The translations under genes and the position numbers were made by a program. 64,000 nucleotides of DNA, from assembly GCA_041674765.1 (NCBI GenBank), contig JBAYVE010000001.1:198177-262176 (forward strand), given 5' to 3'. The notes beneath the pieces are model-generated. The model saw nothing but the letters and a program-made list of their open reading frames with translations. It made no database searches and was not told where the DNA came from. Below, piece after piece: positions 10,071-18,364 of this stretch (position 1 is the stretch's first letter; each line of letters starts with the position of its first letter). This stretch comes from Patescibacteria group bacterium (GTDB lineage: Bacteria > Patescibacteriota > UBA1384 > XYA2-FULL-43-10 > 1-14-0-10-43-13).

Positions 10071-11225
10071 TATTGTCAAAACCGCCGTGCCACGCCGTAG
10101 CTCCGCCAGCTGGCGGAAGCGAAGGATGGTACTTAATTATGTAGCGTCCCCTAACCCCTATAAATTCAGAATCTTCAACATGGAACTCTTGAAGTTTGAA
10201 CAGTTTAATGAAACAACTTTCCGTGGGTAGGCTCCTTGTATTAACTTGCTGGTTATCACAATTAGTCTACCCTTTTTCGTTTTAAGCATAAAACGAGATT
10301 GGTAGTACCACATTATTTAGTATAGAGCCAGTTAATTCTTGATAGATTATTCATTTTATGCTATGGATACTAGTATCAAACCCAGGGCAAGGAGGGTATC
10401 ATAATGCCTGACAACTTACGAGACGCAGTCGACCTGCTGCTCAAGCTTCGGCCTTCTTATGTGAAGGCAGTCTGCTATCTGCTTCAGGATCTAGCCGGAG
10501 CCTCCTGTGAAAGTGCTCTTGAATTCTTCAGGTCTGTCCTTGTACAGGAATACTGGACAACAACAGTTCCCAGTGTCGAGACATTCGACGTTGGCGCACA
10601 TTTCAGAAAAGGAGAAACTGACGGTGTGAAGATTGCTTATTTTGGAATCATCAGTCCTTTGCAGATAGATGGTATCGTCGAGGAAAATGTCCCAGAGCAA
10701 ACCCTTGGATTCTGTCAGACAAAAAGGGCTTGTGGCTTTGCGGAGATTGCCGATGCTTTCCATCAACCTACTACCACCTACTTTGCTCATATCTGGAGTC
10801 TGATGAAGGAAGAAGCCCCAGAGTTCATGGGTGAATCAAAGTCATTCATTGTAGAAGTGGCGGGAAAAAAGCTGCATGTTTCCTGCAGTGATAGCGAAGG
10901 CACCTCCTACAATGATAAAGGGTGGCACATACATATCTGTATCTTGGGCGAGGAGGGGTATATTCAGCACAAAGGTACAAAGGTTGCTTTCCCACTCTTT
11001 TTGGAGCAGTAGCAAAACCGGAATAAAATAGAATACCGAGACCTTCCCTGCAAATGCGCGGGAAGGTCTATTTTTTTTAAAACAAAAAAGTTTTCAAAAA
11101 TTCTTATTCAACTTTTTTGGAGGAGTAGCTTTTTGATTTCTGTGATTTTGTTTTTTTGGGGATGCTACACTTCCAAGCGCCATCCTTCGCCAAGCCTACG
11201 GAGTGGCACGGCGGTTTTGACGATA
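10071..11225. mobile_element. inverted-repeat-bounded cargo unit
   Basis: 10071..10151 and 11158..11225 are inverted copies (tatYgtcaaaaccgcc-[REP]-..ctt..tgtagcRtcccc) enclosing ORF 10404..11012. Confidence 0.6.
10404..11012 (+). CDS. hypothetical protein
   Basis: RBS aaggagg; terminator 11040-11078. Confidence 0.7.
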   Translation: MPDNLRDAVDLLLKLRPSYVKAVCYLLQDLAGASCESALEFFRSVLVQEYWTTTVPSVETFDVGAHFRKGETDGVKIAYFGIISPLQIDGIVEENVPEQTLGFCQTKRACGFAEIADAFHQPTTTYFAHIWSLMKEEAPEFMGESKSFIVEVAGKKLHVSCSDSEGTSYNDKGWHIHICILGEEGYIQHKGTKVAFPLFLEQ

Positions 11226-11388
11226 TTACTGGTATGGCTACCCAAGAATCCAAGCGGTTGCTATAATGTAACCATTGCAAAAATCTAAAAACAAAAAGAA
11301 AAAATGGTTAACCAGAGGTTTCTTGGTGGGTTTTTTGGCAGGGATTGAACATGTAAGTTCTAAGTTAATTAAACAATTGGAGGGGGCA

Positions 11389-11793
11389 ATGAAATCGAGC
11401 AAGAAAAATGTGTTTAAGATCACAAATTTTATCATTGGAACAGTGCTCGGGATTATCTTGGTTATCGCCGGCACTTTTGTGTATTTTCAAATAAATATTT
11501 CTACTCATAGTTTTCCCCCGGCAAATGGCGGGACGGGTGTCAACTGTGGTGAAACAGCTACCAAAGATTTTTTCCAATGCTTCGAAAGTGGCAAAAACAG
11601 GCTCGACTGTTACTTTAGCTGGGCTGCCAACATAAAGGCTTGCCAGCCACGACCCACCATGGCAGAGTGCTCTAATTATTTTGTCCCACATTATAATGAA
11701 TGTGTAGCTAAATGCTTCAAGTGGGAATGTAATATCGGTTGCAACCGGGAGCTGGCAACACTTCAGAATGGTTGCTTTTATACACTATGGTGA
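11389..11793 (+). CDS. Cys-rich secreted peptide precursor (PxN-leader family)
   Basis: RBS ggagggg; basic N-terminus, TM, FPPAN-GG, then 10 Cys. Confidence 0.75.
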   Translation: MKSSKKNVFKITNFIIGTVLGIILVIAGTFVYFQINISTHSFPPANGGTGVNCGETATKDFFQCFESGKNRLDCYFSWAANIKACQPRPTMAECSNYFVPHYNECVAKCFKWECNIGCNRELATLQNGCFYTLW

Positions 11794-11850
11794 GCATTTA
11801 ATAACTTTGAATTATATTCAAAGAGCGCAAGTGTGGTATGTAGCTCCGAC

Positions 11851-11911
11851 AGATTCCCGCCTTCCGCCTTCGCTCGCTTGAGCTACGGAGGGACAAGTCG
11901 CGGGAATGACA
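11851..11911. repeat. ATTCCC..GGGAATGAC REP with a nested 35-nt element
   Basis: 59/60 identical to 13221..13280. Confidence 0.85.
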
Positions 11912-12181
11912 ATACATAGACATGAGATCTACTGATGGAGCTTACCTCGAACTCGGAGCCCGAAATGACGGTAAAAACTAGATCCCCGGATCAAGTTCGA
12001 GTATAACAACCGTAGCTTGGATTAGTCCAAGTCCGAGAGCCTGCACTCGACTCGATTAGGGAAATGGACTCCAGCAAAAGTCAGAATTAGCCGCAAATAT
12101 GGCTTTTCCGTCAGCTGGCGGATGAAGTGTTCCCGGCGCTCAGTTAAAACTATAATAAAAGCTAATCTTAATGCCAAGATT

Positions 12182-12541
12182 TCAGTCTGTGTCTGCAAGT
12201 TCGCCCTGTGCGATGTCTATAAGCAAGTCTGCTAGATTTTGCAATGCAGTACATCTGGCATTCCCTTCTTGGACGCCACTTGTAGAAAGTCGAACATGGG
12301 TTGGTATTTGAGCCTCAAATTCACGGGCTATAGTAAATAAATCTTCGGTGGAGGCATCTAAAATCCGCTCGAGTTTCTCTTGGATTTCCTCCTCTCCAAA
12401 ATTGGCTGCCTCTAGTAGTTTTCTTATACTATCTTCAGCGTTCAGTAATTGCTCACGGGGATCCACGGGGACTTTGCCAGGGTCACCGGAATCATCAATA
12501 ACTTGTTCCAACGGCAAGGACCCATAATCTTCAAAAGCCAT
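12182..12541 (-). CDS. acidic hypothetical protein
   Basis: 119 aa, RBS agggag. Confidence 0.6.
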   Translation of the reverse strand: MAFEDYGSLPLEQVIDDSGDPGKVPVDPREQLLNAEDSIRKLLEAANFGEEEIQEKLERILDASTEDLFTIAREFEAQIPTHVRLSTSGVQEGNARCTALQNLADLLIDIAQGELADTD

Positions 12542-12862
12542 ATTCTCCCTTTTGTTAATTACTTATTTGAATGATTACAGGATAACAAAATGCCAAACAT
12601 TTAGCAATTTGGCACTCCTTTATAGGGGCGCTCCCAAAACGAAGCAAGATTCTCAATAGACCATTTTTGGCAAAAAAGCCAGGAGATACTAAGCACTGAC
12701 AGATCCCCGGGTCATGGCGTTGCTTGCCCAAGGATGACAGTATAAGCAAGAACTAAGTCAAGGATTTATAGTCTATCGCTTCCAACCACATTCTCTATCA
12801 TTTCTGTCCACATTCAATGGCATTCACGCTACACTATTTCTGTCATTCCAGCCCTCTTCAAA

Positions 12863-12888
12863 TGTCATTCCCGCGCAGGCGGGAATCT
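12863..12888. repeat. REP tgtcattcccgcgcaggcgggaatct
   Basis: Palindrome; exact reverse-complement copy at 13333..13358; degenerate ~21-nt tgtcattcc repeats upstream. Confidence 0.85.
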
Positions 12889-12914
12889 CTGATGGGTAAG
12901 CTCTGGCGGTAAAC

Positions 12915-13208
12915 TTACGAAGAGATGATCTCCGAATACAAATCACGCATTTCCGGGTTATCTTTTCTTATCAAATTAAGCTTCCACTCTCTGTTCCATT
13001 TTTTGATTTGTTTTTCTTTCGTAATCGCACTATTAATATCGCTGCAAGAATCGAAATAGAGAAGGTGCTTAATATTATATTTTTTGGTGAAACCATCAAC
13101 TAGACCTTCTTTGTGTTGGTAAACTCTTCGAATTAAATCATTGGTAACTCCGACATAGAGAGTTAGGCTTATGCTGCCCATAATGTAAACATAGTATTGT
13201 TTTTGCAT
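12915..13208 (-). CDS. GIY-YIG nuclease (UPF0213-like)
   Basis: YYVYIM...LYVGVTNDLIRRVYQHK...EKQIKKWNREWK. Confidence 0.92.
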   Translation of the reverse strand: MQKQYYVYIMGSISLTLYVGVTNDLIRRVYQHKEGLVDGFTKKYNIKHLLYFDSCSDINSAITKEKQIKKWNREWKLNLIRKDNPEMRDLYSEIISS

Positions 13209-13220
13209 GGTTGCTTCAGC

Positions 13221-13358
13221 AGATTCCCGCCTTCCGCCTTCGCTCGCTTGAGCTACGGAAGGACAAGTCGCGGGAATGACCTACTAATGTTGTAAAAGTT
13301 TCGGCAGATTGCCCAAGGAATTTACCCCCGACAGATTCCCGCCTGCGCGGGAATGACA
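13221..13358. repeat. two REP copies upstream of GIY-YIG (one with nested insert)
   Basis: agattcccgcctt[35 nt]cgcgggaatgac and agattcccgcctgcgcgggaatgaca. Confidence 0.85.
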
Positions 13359-13377
13359 CAGGGATTGTGGGGATGGG

Positions 13378-14388
13378 CTATTTATACTCCGCATAGTAGA
13401 TACCTTTTTCGTGCTGGCCGAAGTACATAAACCAATTATCACTGATCTTTATAAAAGTCGGGTCACTCGCTGGATTGGCTACAAATACAACTGATTTATC
13501 ATTGTTGTTGGTCCAGACAAATTCCGGGGTGGAGAAAGTGCCATTTTCATATTTGGAGTGATAAATACCATTATAGCTCCAAAAATAAGCACGAATCTCT
13601 GTCTCGCCGGTCGCTTCATTTGTCCAGCTAACAAATTCTCCGCCATCAGCAAAATTATACAATTCATCATTTCGCGAATCGATTGCCAGTCCCTTCTTTT
13701 CAAAAGTAAGCCCATCATTTGAAATTGCATAGAAATATATCTGCGTGTTGTTATTTGGAACCTTCATCGTGCCTTGATAAGGCTGATTGATAGTACCGCG
13801 ATAAATCATAAGATAGGTGCCATCCGAAAGCTGAATAGTGGAAGTTGCGCCGACATTTTCTAGAGTAAAGCCAGTCTCATCTTTATCTATTCTAGCACCA
13901 GCTTCATCAGTGAACTTTAGTCCATCAATAGAAACTGCACTTTTGACCACGCCGCTATTTTGAAAATACATTCGCCATCGGCCATCCGGAAGTTTTATAA
14001 CATCAGCAAAGGTCGATTTTCGCTTTATTTCTCCTTCATCTGTCCAATTGATTCCATCAGAAGAAACCGCCGAGAATACACGCGCTTGGAAATCGTTTAC
14101 TTCTGGCTCTTCTGAGTAGTACATCCGATATTGGCCGTTACCCGGATCAACGATTTCAGAATCAGCGTATTTACCGGCAATGGCCACGCCGCCCTCCTGC
14201 CAAGTCTTAGCTATCTCGGTGGTACCGATAGTAGAGTCATCTTCGTTGGCAACGGTTTCTTTGGCATCTTTGGGCCACAAAAAGTAGGCAGCCGCCCCTA
14301 CCACGATAAGGACTGCAATAAGCAAGATAATCAGCCCTAGTTTCTTTTTGTTGCCATTAACTTCAATAGCTTCTATTTCCTGATCCAT
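13378..14388 (-). CDS. membrane-anchored beta-propeller (GH32/43-like) protein
   Basis: RBS ggaggg, TM, SxDGxxW/F repeats; paralog of 1874..2902. Confidence 0.75.
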   Translation of the reverse strand: MDQEIEAIEVNGNKKKLGLIILLIAVLIVVGAAAYFLWPKDAKETVANEDDSTIGTTEIAKTWQEGGVAIAGKYADSEIVDPGNGQYRMYYSEEPEVNDFQARVFSAVSSDGINWTDEGEIKRKSTFADVIKLPDGRWRMYFQNSGVVKSAVSIDGLKFTDEAGARIDKDETGFTLENVGATSTIQLSDGTYLMIYRGTINQPYQGTMKVPNNNTQIYFYAISNDGLTFEKKGLAIDSRNDELYNFADGGEFVSWTNEATGETEIRAYFWSYNGIYHSKYENGTFSTPEFVWTNNNDKSVVFVANPASDPTFIKISDNWFMYFGQHEKGIYYAEYK

Positions 14389-14463
14389 TTCCCTCCAAGT
14401 ATATTTATAAATATTTAGTTGATGCTTGCTTATTCGTGTAGCGCCCTCGCTTTGCATATTTAG

Positions 14464-16170
14464 CTAATTCTTTTTCACATAATCGGCAAAATACGCCGGA
14501 TTGAGTTTTTCTCCGGTTGATTTTTCTATCATTTTTTGCCAGGGATATTTGGCGCCGAGTGAAAAGACTTCTCTTTGGAAATATTCGCCGATCTTTTTCT
14601 CTCCCGAGTAGCTTGCAAACTTTTCAGAACCTTTTGCTATGTTGTTATCAATATAGTGGCGAAATTGAGCGGACAGGAGATAGCCAAGCATGTAGTTATG
14701 ATAATATACCGGTGTCTGGATAACATGTATTTTGGTTGCCCAGTCGGGCATATCACGATTCTCCGGCCGGTTTACGAGCTGGTATTTCTCTACCAAACCC
14801 CACCACAGTTTATTCAAATCCTGATCGGGGTTTTCGTACATTGCTTTCTCGAAGCGATACATTACCTGCGTCCAGCGTGAAAAAATCAAAGCGTTCAAAC
14901 GATTGTATTCCGAAGCAGCGGAGCTAACTTCAGCGATTTTACCCGCCTCAATGTCAAAACTTCCTTTCACCCACTCAGGAGAATAGACCATATCTTCAAA
15001 AAAGAGGGCGACGGCTTCGGTGGTAAAAATATGAGCCGGCGTTCGAAGTTCCCACGGCAACTGTGGATCTATTTTTTGGTCGTACAGAGCGTGGCCAAAT
15101 TCGTGAAGCGATTTTGCCATCCAATAATTGTTGTTTTCCAGATTGACAATCACTCGGATATCATCGCGTCTGTCCATATTAAAGGCGACGGCATGCTGGT
15201 ATTTTCCGTCTCTCTGATAGAGATCGCTTTTTTCTGCCAACGGATCGATAGGCAATCCTAAGCTATTGAAATAATCTTTGGCCAAAGTCAACACATTCTT
15301 ATCTTTGTACAATTCATCCAAGTCGACGCTCAAGATGCGAGGTACTTCCTGAAAATAGCGGTTTTGATAGTGCCAAGGACGAAGATCCTCTACTTTAATC
15401 TGATATTTTGAGGCGAGCGCCTCGTCGATTGACGCTTTTGCCTCCGCATAAATTTCTCCGGTTGCGAGATCCAAATCGTCAAAGATCTTGTCCATCTCTG
15501 TGGGATCCTGCTCCGAGAGGGTCAGTGTCATCTTTTGAAAATCGGAAAAGCCTAGATCGCGAGCGATTTCGTTTCTGATTTTCGCCATTTTCACAATCTC
15601 TTGGCTGGTTAGATCGCCGATTTTTTTGCTTGCCTCCCAAACTTCTTTTAATTCATTCGAATTTGTCGAGGTCTTTAAGATATTTTCCACTTCGTTATCA
15701 GTGATTTCTTTCCCATTCAAAGAAGGTCGAAAGGTATTAAACTTCTGCTCGAGTTCACTTTGAGTTATTGTAATTTTCTCAATTTTTTTCTCATCTGATT
15801 GACTGGATATAAAACCAGCGTACTGGATATCCAATTGCCGTTTCAGAAGAGGGTCTTTGATATGACCGGCTTCTTTCCATTTTTTTAGCTTCAAAAAAGC
15901 ATCCTTATCCAAGAAAATCTTTTCCATTTGCAGATTTAGTTCAGTCGATTTCTTGTAATCTTCCTCCCGGCCGGAGGCCAAAGCAGTAAAATATGCGATG
16001 TTGGCTTCCTTTTCCAGGGGGATAATACGGTTTTCGTATGAGGCAAGAAATTCTTTGTACCCGGCTTCTGCCCGATAAGTTTTTGCTACCGGATATCCCA
16101 CGATAACAAATAAAATAGTAGCTACCAGAGACGTTAAAACATACCATAGAATTTTTTTTATTTTAAACAT
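14464..16170 (-). CDS. M2/M3-family zinc metallopeptidase, N-terminally anchored
   Basis: HEFGH, TEAVALFFE, IH....VYYHNY motifs; N-terminal TM. Confidence 0.88.
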   Translation of the reverse strand: MFKIKKILWYVLTSLVATILFVIVGYPVAKTYRAEAGYKEFLASYENRIIPLEKEANIAYFTALASGREEDYKKSTELNLQMEKIFLDKDAFLKLKKWKEAGHIKDPLLKRQLDIQYAGFISSQSDEKKIEKITITQSELEQKFNTFRPSLNGKEITDNEVENILKTSTNSNELKEVWEASKKIGDLTSQEIVKMAKIRNEIARDLGFSDFQKMTLTLSEQDPTEMDKIFDDLDLATGEIYAEAKASIDEALASKYQIKVEDLRPWHYQNRYFQEVPRILSVDLDELYKDKNVLTLAKDYFNSLGLPIDPLAEKSDLYQRDGKYQHAVAFNMDRRDDIRVIVNLENNNYWMAKSLHEFGHALYDQKIDPQLPWELRTPAHIFTTEAVALFFEDMVYSPEWVKGSFDIEAGKIAEVSSAASEYNRLNALIFSRWTQVMYRFEKAMYENPDQDLNKLWWGLVEKYQLVNRPENRDMPDWATKIHVIQTPVYYHNYMLGYLLSAQFRHYIDNNIAKGSEKFASYSGEKKIGEYFQREVFSLGAKYPWQKMIEKSTGEKLNPAYFADYVKKN

Positions 16171-16205
16171 TTCCTCCCTCATTTTTTCATAGATTAGAAT
16201 TCAAT

Positions 16206-16610
16206 TCATTCAAACCTGCAGGTTCCTTTGCATTCGTCATATTGGGTATCGCATTTGGTAGAATTTGAGCCAAAGGTCATCCGGCAATTTCTAAGCTTGA
16301 CATCGCATTTACTGGAGACGCATTCGTTAGTGCATTTTTGGGATTCTTTTTGGCACCTCCAGTAGTCCTTGGTGTTGTTGTAACAGCAAGTTTGGAAATT
16401 CCGGCACATACTCGGGTCTGACCAAATATTGTTTGAATTCCAACCGCAAAAACCGTAGCCTCCGCCGTTTGTTGGCGGCAGGAGAGTCTTGCTGCAAGAA
16501 AAGAAATAGTTATAGGCAAAGAAGCCGGCAGCAATGATAGCCAAGCCGACAACAAAACCAATGATTCCGCCCTTAGTTAAAAATCGCTTTTTCGCTTTAT
16601 TTTTTGTCAT
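16206..16610 (-). CDS. Cys-rich secreted peptide precursor (PxN-leader family)
   Basis: KKRFLTKGGIIGF-TM-YNYF..LLPPTN-GG then 12 Cys. Confidence 0.8.
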   Translation of the reverse strand: MTKNKAKKRFLTKGGIIGFVVGLAIIAAGFFAYNYFFSCSKTLLPPTNGGGYGFCGWNSNNIWSDPSMCRNFQTCCYNNTKDYWRCQKESQKCTNECVSSKCDVKLRNCRMTFGSNSTKCDTQYDECKGTCRFE

Positions 16611-16675
16611 TTATCCCTCCTATCTATATTATATAACGTAACCGCTCAATGTTATTTCAGTTTTACTCTTACTTT

Positions 16676-16793
16676 GTAGTCCAGACTTTAGTCTGTTTTA
16701 TTATTTACAAGCTTACTACTTCGTTAAAGCTACCATCCTTCGCCCTACGGCTACGGCATGGCATAGCGAAGGACAAGCTAAAGCTTGGGCTAC
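16676..16793. repeat. GTAG-type REP doublet with doubly nested inserts
   Basis: gtagtccagactttagtctg ... gctaaagcttgggctac enclosing cttcgttaaagcta[ccatccttcgc..ggcatag]cgaaggacaag. Confidence 0.7.
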
Positions 16794-16831
16794 GGTGAGT
16801 GGTTACCTCGCGGCACTACGGCGGTTGCGAT

Positions 16832-17239
16832 TTATTGCCATTTGAACCCGCAAGCCTTCCTACATTTACCGAGGTTTTCGGTGCAGTGATACCATTCCGG
16901 ACCGTTTTCATCATAGGCCGCGTCACATGCTTCAAATTTGGCCTCACAGCAATCATGGCAAGTATCGATGCATTTATCTTTTTCCTTGGTGCACCCGGTT
17001 AGGCAGGGAATAAATCTATTGCACGTGCCGTTGCAGCATCTGCTATATTCAGCGCAATTTCCGGTGCAATTATCGCTGACATTCCAAGCGCACTCACCGT
17101 TGGTTGGCGCGTTACCGCAAGAAAAGTAATTGTACGTAAAGAATCCTCCGACGATCAGAACCAACCCGACGATGAAACCAATCACTCCGCCTTTGGTTAA
17201 AAATCGCTTTTTGTTTCCAGGTAGTGAAAATTTTGTCAT
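16832..17239 (-). CDS. Cys-rich secreted peptide precursor (PxN-leader family); current start supplied by inserted element
   Basis: NKKRFLTKGGVIGF-TM-YNYF..APTN-G then 16 Cys. Confidence 0.8.
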   Translation of the reverse strand: MTKFSLPGNKKRFLTKGGVIGFIVGLVLIVGGFFTYNYFSCGNAPTNGECAWNVSDNCTGNCAEYSRCCNGTCNRFIPCLTGCTKEKDKCIDTCHDCCEAKFEACDAAYDENGPEWYHCTENLGKCRKACGFKWQ

Positions 17240-17532
17240 TTTTCAACTTTCTTTTTGTATAAGTATTCTTTAATCATTCGCTTAATAAGTCTAGCTCCTT
17301 GGCTAGTTTTGAGATATTTTTCTCTTCGTCTGGCATCTTGCTCTTCCAAATAACTTTCGTAAAAAATTAATTTCCACGGTTTACCGTTCTTTGTTGAAAA
17401 ATTCAGCCCTTTATTATGTTCCGAGAGACGACGCTTGAGATCACTGCTATAACCGATGTAAAAACCATTGTTCTGTTCACTTTGTAATAGATAAACATAG
17501 TGGAACATAGTTATAAAATTTCTACTACCTGG
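17217..17532. mobile_element. 316-bp GIY-YIG element with 20-bp terminal inverted repeats
   Basis: ccaggtagtgaaaattttgt / ataaaatttctactacctgg (17/20 match); ttt on both flanks; excision restores MKKILKNKKRFLTKG. Confidence 0.75.
17236..17508 (-). CDS. GIY-YIG nuclease
   Basis: YVYLLQS...FYIGYSSDLKRRLSEHN...RREKYLK. Confidence 0.92.
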   Translation of the reverse strand: MFHYVYLLQSEQNNGFYIGYSSDLKRRLSEHNKGLNFSTKNGKPWKLIFYESYLEEQDARRREKYLKTSQGARLIKRMIKEYLYKKKVEK

Positions 17533-17577
17533 TTTTTTAATATTTTTTTCATTTTCCTCCTAATGGTAAATTGACTG

Positions 17578-17850
17578 TCAATTGCCCTCTTGTTTTTGGC
17601 AATTGCCGTAACAATTTGTACAATCAGTAACACAATTGCGCACGCAAAAATTATTGCCTCCGCAACCCCCAACACAGCTGTTATACGCATAGTCGCAGCA
17701 TCTTCGGCAACTAGCAAAGCAATTAGTCGGAGCAACTTTTCCTGATGAAGCATAATTGTAAGCCAAAAAGCCGCCGACGAAGAGAACCAAGCCTACAGCA
17801 AAGCCTAGAATTGCCCCTTTGGTGATGAATTTATTCTTTTTAGTTTTCAT
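17578..17850 (-). CDS. Cys-rich secreted peptide precursor (PxN-leader family)
   Basis: KKNKFITKGAILGF-TM-YNY..VAPTN then 11 Cys, many in CxxxC spacing. Confidence 0.8.
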   Translation of the reverse strand: MKTKKNKFITKGAILGFAVGLVLFVGGFLAYNYASSGKVAPTNCFASCRRCCDYAYNSCVGGCGGNNFCVRNCVTDCTNCYGNCQKQEGN

Positions 17851-17956
17851 AATTTTATTAATAACCTATCTTTTATTGTTTGAGACCTGCCTTATGAGAA
17901 GGTCCGGAACTATAAAAACTCTCACTCTATTCGAAGAATGTTTTCTACTGCCTTGC

Positions 17957-18088
17957 TTAGAAATTAGTTGGCGGCAAAAGATCGATTTGATAATAAAATT
18001 TGAACACCAAATACAGCCCGATCAGACCAATGACAATACCAGCAATCAGGCCTGTCAAAAAGCTCGATGAAACTATTCTTTTCAACAT
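17957..18088 (-). CDS. leader-only member of the PxN family (43 aa)
   Basis: RBS ggaggga; MLKR..FLTGLIAG-TM-LLPPTNF*. Confidence 0.55.
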   Translation of the reverse strand: MLKRIVSSSFLTGLIAGIVIGLIGLYLVFKFYYQIDLLPPTNF

Positions 18089-18139
18089 TTTCTCCCTCCG
18101 TTTATAGAACAATATTAATTTATGTCTCATGCATTTTCC

Positions 18140-18212
18140 GTAGACCACGCTTCAGCGTGCTACAAATTCCTTCACGGAAAGTTTTTTTACTGACAAACTA
18201 AAGTTTGGTCTC
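18140..18212. repeat. GTAG-type REP doublet
   Basis: gtagaccacgcttcagcgtg ... caaactaaagtttggtctc. Confidence 0.55.
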
Positions 18213-18267
18213 CAAATATGTAAATCCCATATTTCCTCTATTATCCTAGCATTTGGTACCACTTGTC

Positions 18268-18325
18268 AAACACCCCCACCCTTCGCACAAGGCTACGGAG
18301 TGGCACGACATGTGGTGGGGCGTTT
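18268..18325. repeat. composite REP, direct repeat with 19086..19142
   Basis: 34-nt identical core ccccacccttcgcacaaggctacggagtggcacg inside aaacgcccc..ggggcgttt. Confidence 0.85.
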
Positions 18326-18364
18326 GAAATTAGAGATCTTAATCACATCAATTTTTGGAATTAT

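Noticed and set aside
17511-17753. 80-aa minus ORF
   Set aside because: Alternate frame of the Cys-rich gene; only its last codons (MKKILK..) are meaningful, as the orphaned start of the interrupted precursor.
11389-17850. Type IV pilins or radical-SAM RiPP (ranthipeptide/sactipeptide) precursors
   Set aside because: No G|FxxxE prepilin motif; no SPASM/RRE maturase nearby, and HydG is not a peptide maturase.
11389-18088. Diversity-generating retroelement as source of peptide variability
   Set aside because: No reverse transcriptase and no TR/VR pair with adenine-specific mismatches seen.
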